Position numbers and translations under genes: made by a program. The notes under the pieces are model-generated. The model ran no database searches, was not told the DNA's origin, and worked only from the letters and a program-made list of their open reading frames with translations. A DNA stretch of 64,000 nt. Origin: Paragordius varius. Its lineage: Eukaryota > Animalia > Nematomorpha. Position 1 is the stretch's first letter, and the number at the start of each line of letters is the position of its first letter. Of the stretch, positions 55,909 to 64,000 are shown in pieces. The stretch is taken from positions 2,666,001 through 2,730,000 of the forward strand of contig OZ176057.1 of assembly GCA_964247055.1 (NCBI GenBank), written 5' to 3'.

Positions 55909-58900
55909 TCAAATTCGTAAACTAGTTCCCGTTATAATTTCAATAGAATCATCATTTTCGCCTTCCAAACTACTCAAATCATCATTTTGTTCTAAAATAA
56001 TATTTGTGTCACGTGGCTCATTATCATTAATTACAACATTGGGATTTTCTTTTTCTTGCGTTTTGAAATTATTGATATCATTTTCTGCGATTCGGTAGTT
56101 TGTGTTTAAACACGCCGCGTCACTTTTTGAACTTTTTTTGACCATCCCATGAGAGGATTTATCTAATATATATATATATATATATACCATTTACAATTCA
56201 AATTCACCCTCCTTGAACCATTCAAATTTACCTTTGAACACTTCAAATTCACCCTTGAACAATTCAAATTCACCCTCGTGGAACAATTTAAATTCACCCT
56301 TAAACAATTCAAATTCACCCTAAAAATAAATTATGTATTTTCGAACTAATATAACTCATTATTAATATGAAATATATGTCTATGTTATAGTTGATTATTT
56401 TTCAAAAACAAAATTTTTATTTTTAAAATATATAAAAATATTGGTAATTTTTAATATTAAAAAACATATATTTTATAGGGTGAATTTCAAGTTCGAGGGT
56501 GAATTCGAATTGTTCGAGATGAATTTAAATTGTTCAAGGGTAAATTTGAACTGCAAATGGTATATATATATAATAATGATTACTATGGATAAATGTTATA
56601 CCATTTACAATTCAAATTCACCCTAAAAATGAATTATGTATTTTCAGGCTAATATAACTCATCATTAATATAAAATATATTTATTTATATGGCATAGTTT
56701 ATTATTTTTTCAGTATTATATTAATTTTAAACGAAATTTTATTTTTTGAAGATATAAAAAATATAGATAATTTTTATTCTTAAAAAACTATTATTTTATG
56801 GCGAATTTGAACTGTAAATAATATAAAAAAAAATTCCATTAAAAAAATAAATATTTAAAAGAAATATTGATTACACTCTAACTTAATACCTTCGCTTAAG
56901 GAGATAAAAAAGTGCAAAGTTTTCATTAGGTTCGTAAAATATATTGTTAAAAGATCTATAATTTACAGTAAAAATTAAAATTATAAGGACAAAACGTATA
57001 AAAAACAAAATTTTTTTTCTAAAAGACAAAACCATACTGTAAAATTTTGATTTTTAATATAACTGAATGTTTTAAACTCCAAATTAATAATGTAAATTTG
57101 ATGTGATTGTAATTAATAATTTTTATAGGATAAATTAGGGGGTTTAAGAAAGTATGGTGGGTATCTTTTAAAAAATTATTTTTATGTTTTATCCATATAA
57201 TTTCAATCTTTTAAACATATATATAAATTCTGTTTTTCAATCCTTATAAATGATTTTGCAATTAAAATTTTGCACATTTTTACTTGTAAGATATTCTTTA
57301 GCATCTGATATGTGTTCAAAGGTCCGTATATGTTTCAATTTGGTCCCCAAGTTTTGGCGTAATAAAATCTGTTAAATAGTAAAAAATTGTAAAAATTAGT
57401 TATATATATATATATATATATATATCAGTAAAAATTGAAATTATACTATGGACAAAACGTAAAAATATAAAGACAAATATTTTTATCTAAAAAACAACCC
57501 AAACTTTTTCAAATCTTAATTTTTTATCATTAAAAATAATTTAATTACAATTGTATAATACATAAATTGCTTGTATTATCAATTTACATCTTAATTTCTT
57601 ACGTTATAGTTTGAAACAATGAGTTATCTTCATAAAATTTAAGATTTAAAAAGTACGGTTGTCTTTTTAAAAAAATATTTGACTTTATATTTTTACGTTT
57701 TGTCCGTATAATTTCAATTTTTACTGCATATACATATATATATAAATGTTGAGTGATTAAATATTTTTCTAGATTTTAAATTTTTAACAAACCAATTTCA
57801 AACCAAAAAATTTAAATTTTTCATGGTTTTTTTTATCAAAAAATATATATCATTGAATAAATATTTAAATAGAATACATTAATATTGCATAGCACCAACT
57901 CTTTATTGAGGGATTTGAATTCTCGATGTAATTCTTTGAATTCCTAAAAATATAAAAAGAAATAAAAAAATTATAAAAAAGAGATATTTTTTAGCCACCT
58001 TTTTAAAACTTAATAATTTTAATTCAAAATATGTAAATATAATTTTAAAATATGTAATGTTACCAATAAAAATATTATTTTATGATTTAATAATATCCAA
58101 TAAATAATATATCAATTCTTGCTTTATATATTTGCAAAAAATTTAAATAAACAGAAAAAATTAAATAAAAAGAAAATATTAAACAAAAACTTGTATGATG
58201 GAATAATCAAAATTTTGCATATGTGAACAATCTACAATAACATCGGCAAGTTGAGTTTTTGCCATATGACATTTCCCTTTCAGATGAGCTGAGGTGGTGG
58301 CACATATATTTTTGCCTTGTTTTTGCGTTTTAAAAGGTAGATATTTTGTAAATGGCCCACCAAATTTAGGGGTACCATTGATTTTTGCAGTATTTTGCAT
58401 ATCATCTAATAATAAGAGTAAATGATATATGTATTAAAAGAGTTTACATTGTAATTTATAGCCCATCTAATTAATGATATGATCATATTGTTTGTACAGA
58501 CAAAAATAAATAAATTAGAATAATTTTTCAAATACATCAATCAACTAAGATGTGATATACAAATATCAGTGAGTTGATATTATCATATTCAAATACCACA
58601 TTTTAAATGAAAATAATATTTTGAATGAAAACCGCACATGGTATGTGAAAATATCTCATTAATAATGATCATACCTTATTTTGGGGTTGTGAGCCTTTAT
58701 CAGTATACAACACAATTATTTAAAGAATTGAAATTTTAAATGAAAATTGTTACAAAATACTGTTTAAAAGTGAAATAAATTCCTAGTTTTATTCATATAT
58801 TAATATGAGACATTTTTATAAAACATATTTAAAATCAACAGTTGCGTTGCTAATAATTTTTTAAGTCGATGATTTCTCCACAAATAATTTAGCGTTAAAT

Positions 58901-60177
58901 GAATTTAAATTTTTAAAAGTAAAAAGCCAAAATCTAATTATTCAAGTCTAAAACTACCATATCATTTCATTATAGAGTAATAATTAATCATACTTAAACA
59001 ACCAATTCAAATGTTAAAATATCTAAAAAACATAATAATAATTTTTATCGAAATTATTTATTGCTAAGTTATAATTAGCAAAAACCTTTGAAATTATTTT
59101 GTTCAGTGAGAACAGATGTAAGATGTATTTTAGTTTGATCTCCCACAAAATTTTCTTCATTATTGGTAAATTGGGTAAATTTATTTTTTGTGTCATCAGC
59201 TGATAAAGAATAAAAAATATACTATAATTAAATATTATATATATATATATATATATATGATTTACACCACCAATTCAAATTTATCCTTAAACAATAATTC
59301 AAATTCACCTTTAAACAATTCATATTAGCACTAAAATAAAGTATGTAATTGAATCATAGAATTATACATATTTAATTTATTTTAAAAAAACTTTAAAATT
59401 AACACAAATACTGAAACATAATAGATTATTCAATATGGGAAATTTATATTAATGATGATTAATATTAGCCAAAAAGAGACATGTATTTTTAAGAGAATTT
59501 GAATTGTTTAAAGAAGTTTACGTGCAAATGTAATATGGAAAAATTCATAAAATGACATTTTTAAAAGTTGTTATCAGCTTTTTTTATTATTAGGACAATT
59601 TAAACAATTTTTGTAATTGTATCGATTTTTTTTGTTTTTTTACAACTCTAAAACTTAAAAGTATATTTCAAAAATATATTCCAAATTAAAGTATGCATAT
59701 TGATGGTTGATTATTTCCTACAGCTATAGTAGGGCAATTTATGTTTAATTTTTAGTGCTTAATTTTAACTTATTTATGAAATAGGTACTTATAATCATAA
59801 TTTTTATTTTTTTACATAAATGGAGTTTTTAACAAAACAGAATAATAAAACAGGTAATATGAAAAAAACGGTCAAAATACGTATATTTTAAATTTTATAT
59901 TTTGAAGCCTTTTTTACAGTTAAAATTCACCCTTAAACAATTCCAATTCACTATTAAACAATTCAAATTCATCCTAAAATAAATTAAGTGTTTTTAAGGA
60001 TTTAAATTTTCAAAAATTAAATTTGTTTAACTATAAAATATTACTGAAAAAATGATAAATTATGCCACAAAGATACATTTTATATTAATGATGAGTTATA
60101 TAAACCTGAAAACCATGATTTGTTTTTGGAGTGAATTTGAATTATTTCAGAGTGAATTCGAATTGTAAATGTTATAA

Positions 60178-60213
<36 letters not shown>

Positions 60214-63200
60214 TCATGTATCCTTTTTATCAAAAATTTATTTATTTTTTCGTTAAATGGGTATAAATATTTGCTAAATAATGGTAAAAACAAGAGCTCT
60301 ATGGTGGTATTAACAATATCATAATTAAAAAAGTATAAAAATTACCATAAAGGTCACTCTTGTTTTTTCCATTCTTTACCAAATATTTACATACCCATTA
60401 ACGAAAAATAAATAAATAATTTTTTAAGAAAATAAAGGATACATGACTGTATATATATATATATATATATATATACCATTTACTGTTCAAATTCACCCTT
60501 GAATAATTCAAATTCACCCTTGAACAATTCAAATTCACTCTAAAAATAAAATTATGTGTTTTTGAACTAATATAACTCATTAAAAATATGAAATATATGT
60601 TAATGGTATAGTTTATTATTTTTTCAGTATGATTTTAATTTAAAACAAAATTTTATTTTTTAAAAATATATAAAATATGGGTAATTTTTTATCTTAAAAA
60701 ACATATATTTTATTTGAGGGTGAATTTGAATTGTTCGAGCGTGAATTTGAATTGTTCAAGGGTGAATTTGAATTGTTTAAGGGTAAAATTGAATTGTTCA
60801 AGGGTAAGATTGAATTGTTCAAGGGTGAATTAGAATTGTTTAAGGGTAAAATTGAATTGTTCGAGGGTGAATTTGAATTGTTCAAGGGTGAATTTAAATT
60901 GTTCGAGGGTGAAATTGAATTGTTTAAGGGTGAATATGAATGTTTTTCAAGAGTGAATTTGAATTGTTTAAGGGTGAAATTGAATTGTAAATGGTATATA
61001 TATATATATATATATATATATGCAAACAAAAAAAATTAACTTTTTATGGTATCATTTGATAACAGTTGCGGTTTTAGCAGACATTGTGATATTATCGTTT
61101 CTGAAAAGTATTCACTACTGGGATAAAATAAACTTTGATTCGGGCAAACTATGTAATAGGCCCAGGGATAATTCACATTCTCAGACAGGGGAGATGGCGC
61201 ATTTGTTTCACTGCTAAAATACTGATGAGTATATAAAAAAGAGAAAATTTTTTAATAAGTATTTTTTGCAAAAAATTATATTAAATTGTTTTTCCTACGA
61301 TATTTGGGATATATGGATATTTAAAAAAAAACTTAATTTCGCTGCTAAAAAACTGAGTTTCGCTGCTAAAAAGATAATTTTAATTATTTTTTTCAAAAAA
61401 AATATTAATGAAATCTTTTAAGCGAATGTAGAAATTGTTTTTTTCTACAATATTATAGATATTTTGGAAAAACTCTATTTAGCTTCCAAAATACTGAATA
61501 TAATTGAAATTTTATTTTAATCATTTATTACGAAAAAAAACTAATGAAATCTTATAAGCGAATGTAGAAATTGTCTGTGCTTACAATATTTGGTATATGG
61601 ATATTAAAAAAAACTAATCTTTTATAATATTGTTTCGCTGCTAAAATTGTGTGTTAAAAAATTTTTTAAATTTTTTAAAAATTTCATGTTAGAAAAAATT
61701 TAGCTAAATATAAACTTGTAAATCTAAATGCGGTTTTGATATAGGGTAAACTAAGAAAGCCAGAGCTAACCCAATTCCCACCATGAGACCGGTTTCGACC
61801 GAATAGAAAAAGCATACTAAGAGCGTTACCATGGCGGCAATAAAATCACATTCTATAATTGTTTAAAAAAGTTTAGAAAAAAAGTTAAATTTAGCTATAA
61901 AATGCATAAGGTATAATTTTTAAAGCTAAAAAATGCAATTCGCTAAAAAATTGTTAAAAATTAATGTTTTTTTAGCAAATTGATACATATGGTCTCCATA
62001 TAACGAAAGCAAAATGCACACTTTTAAAAGAGTTCCTCCACAAAAATATTCCTTTTTAGGCTTAAAAATATTGGTTTTAATAAAACATAAATTCATTCAA
62101 TTTATCCATAAAATGCATAAAGTATAGTTTTTTTTATAAAAGTTAATAAAATTATATTTTACTCCCGCTTCACAGGTAAAAAAATGTATATATGCTTTAA
62201 AATTGATGTTTTTTTTTGAAAAAAATGTTAAAATTTGGTTTCAATAAAATCACATTCTAACACAGCCAAAAAAAGTAAAAAAATGTGAAAAAATGTTAAA
62301 AGTTAGTGATTTTTAGCAAAAAAAATGATATTTTTCAATAAAATGCATAAGTATAGTTTTTTAAAGCTAAAAAATGCAAAACTTTAGAGATTTACCCCAA
62401 CAAAATTTTTTTTGCTTTTTTACGTATAAAAGACTGAAAAATGTTAAAAATCAGTGATTTTTAGCAAAAAAATGATAAAATTTATCCATAAAATGCATAG
62501 AGTATACTTTTTCTAAGCTAAAAAATGCAAAACTTTAAAATATTTACCCCAAGACAAAAGTTCTTGTTGAATTTTTTTTAAAGATTAAAAAGCCTGAAAA
62601 AATGTTAAAAATTGGTGTTTTTTAGGCAAAAATTAATAAAATTATCCATAAATTGCAGAATGTATAGTAATTTAAAGCTAGGAAAATGCATTATCTCAAA
62701 ACTACTCCCCCCCAAAAAATCTTTTTTATGCTTAAAAATTGTAGTTTTTATAAAATCGATAAACTTTGGCGTCAATAAATTACTAAGTTTAAAAATGCAA
62801 AAAATGGCGTTTTTTTAGGCAAAATTCAATATATTTTGGATATAAATTACATTATTAAACACAATTTATGTCGTTTGAAATTATCAATATTTCTAATCTT
62901 TTCATTAAAAATATTTTCTAATATATAAAAATAATTCAAATTAACTGTTGAATGATGGATTAATTTTTATAGATGGCATTTTTTTATCCGAAAAAAAATA
63001 TATTTTTAATACTTTTAATTTTCCAAATTTTGTAAAAGAGTTTGAGATCAATCAGATTCAGGATGGCAGATATAATCATAGCGGCCAAACTGGCTTTAGG
63101 TATAAATCTGAAAATAAAAATTAAAAAAAAATATAAAATATTTTAAAATCTATATAATCTAAAAAAATATTATAAATTATTACAAAATAAAAAAAATAAT

Positions 63201-63901
63201 GAAAATAAAAATAATTATATATTACCTATAAAATAATATAAAATTATAAAATTGAATAAGTAATATGCTTTATAAAATTTGCAAAAAAAAAATTTAAAAT
63301 ATTATAAAATGCCTTTAAAAAATTATTATGAATACCTATAAAATTATTTTTTAATTTATTAAAATGCTTTTAAAAAATTAAAATATTAAATAAAAATAAT
63401 TAATTATTTAATAATAAAAAATTAAATATTTTTTTATTTTATAATAAAAACTTACCTGAAATAGGTTGTTAAATATTGTAAGGCTATCAATACAAGAATC
63501 CCTGAAAAAATATATGAATATATATAAATTTAAAAATAATAAAATATATTTTATTAAAAATTATAGCCTATTTATTAAAAAATATGTAATTTTTTTATAA
63601 AATTAATTTAAATTTAATATAATAATTATTGAAATTAAAAATAAAAAATATTTTTAATATAAAAACACCTGTCCAAACGCATCCACAAGGTGTTCTAACT
63701 CCAGTTTGAGCATTTATGGCAGATCTTTTATTTAATTAAAAATAAAAAAATTTAAAATTAATAAAAATAAAAAAAATAAAAATAAATAATTTAAAAAAAC
63801 TAAAAAAAATTAAATAATTTATAATTTTTTAAAAAATTACCTGGAAAAACTAGCAGTTATGGGGTATGAGGACACAAAAGAGCTGAAAAAATTTGAAGCC
63901 C
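55909..63901 (-). CDS. SLC26A11: SLC26/SulP anion transporter, SLC26A11-like, C-terminal ~435 aa including STAS; gene enters from beyond 64000
   Basis: Minus-strand exons: 63901-63841 (FVSSYPITASFSR), 63724-63669 (SAINAQTGVRTP), 63501-63456, 63107-63013 (FIPKASLAAMII), 61852-61716, 61221-61041 (IVCPNQSLFYPSSEYF, STAS start), 59199-59086, 58405-58191 (VIVDCSHMQNFDY), 57943-57878, 57368-57284, 56162-55909 (TGA). All GT-AG, phases consistent. Confidence 0.93.
56185..56820. mobile_element. Two adjacent MITE family A copies (56185-56561 and 56598-56820)
   Basis: Both start taccatttacaattcaaattcaccc; the first ends gaactgcaaatggtata next to (TA)n. Confidence 0.88.
57427..57727. mobile_element. MITE family B, well-preserved copy
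   Basis: cagtaaaaattgaaattatactatggacaaaacgtaaaaatataaagacaaat..atttgactttatatttttacgttttgtccgtataatttcaatttttactg, next to (TA)n. Confidence 0.88.
59258..60994. mobile_element. Chain of MITEs: A (59258-59530), A (59918-60175), E (60211-60449), A (60476-60994)
   Basis: The last copy has ~13 21-mers in its right arm. (TA)n tracts lie at 59236-59258, 60181-60210, 60450-60475 and 60995-61021. Confidence 0.88.
61203..61650 (-). repeat. Tandem array, ~3-4 units of 130-155 bp, in an SLC26 intron; overlaps the start of exon 61221-61041
   Basis: Junction tttcactgctaaaatactga (61206-61225) recurs at 61337 (18/20), 61478 (16/20) and 61633, with an extra short copy at 61358. Shared body aaattgt..ctacaatatt..ggatatt. 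Confidence 0.85.
61838..62860 (-). repeat. Degenerate tandem array (~150-230 bp spacing) in an SLC26 intron; reaches the start of exon 61852-61716
   Basis: ataaaatgcata..gtata..aagctaaaaaatgca near 61897, 62108, 62338, 62488 and 62648. Exact 18-nt copy of the exon junction caataaaatcacattcta (61838-61855) at 62242-62259. Confidence 0.8.
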
Positions 63902-64000
63902 CTATACAAGAAAATAAAATTAATAATAAAAATAATTTTTTTTTATAAAAATAGTAAAAAAAATATATTAAATTGTTAATAAATAATAAATTTTTATAAG

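Noticed and set aside
58400-58680. Possible fifth acceptor-anchored array (catctaat..atgat echoes)
   Set aside because: Matches are 8-10 nt of AT-rich sequence without a consistent period.
60694-61039. Heptad-repeat ORFs (NSNSPLN, ELFKGEF), also at 97-406, 2468-2707, 4446-4746, 39498-39731, 56441-56626 and 60398-60580
   Set aside because: They are translations of the 21-bp MITE repeats, open in several frames on both strands inside introns.

Overview
Very AT-rich (roughly 20-25% GC by eye) intron-rich animal genomic DNA; the species cannot be identified from the sequence. I reconstructed four spliced protein-coding genes by hand, and all exon phases close correctly. (1) The 5' part of a PX-PH phospholipase D (PLD1/2 type), minus strand, 12 exons from ATG 17073, running off the left edge. 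(2) A complete AQP8/TIP-like aquaporin, plus strand, ~33958-41146. (3) A complete choline-phosphate cytidylyltransferase (PCYT1/CCT), plus strand, 46511-52845. (4) The 3' part of an SLC26A11-like anion transporter, minus strand, 11 exons ending at 55909 and entering from the right edge. Introns and spacers carry many non-autonomous DNA transposons (TA-, TTAA- and 8-bp-TSD types), a fossil Buster/Charlie-type hAT transposase, a Helitron 3' end and a tRNA-derived SINE-like element. There is a 200-N gap at 41719-41918. Most listed ORFs are artefacts of a 21-bp repeat. The most unusual signal is four unrelated ~130-200 bp tandem arrays in introns of three genes. Each array ends inside the first 15-25 nt of the downstream exon, so its units carry decoy copies of the 3' splice site and exon start. 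Second, the dominant MITE family occurs essentially only in introns, mostly within 100 nt of a splice site.
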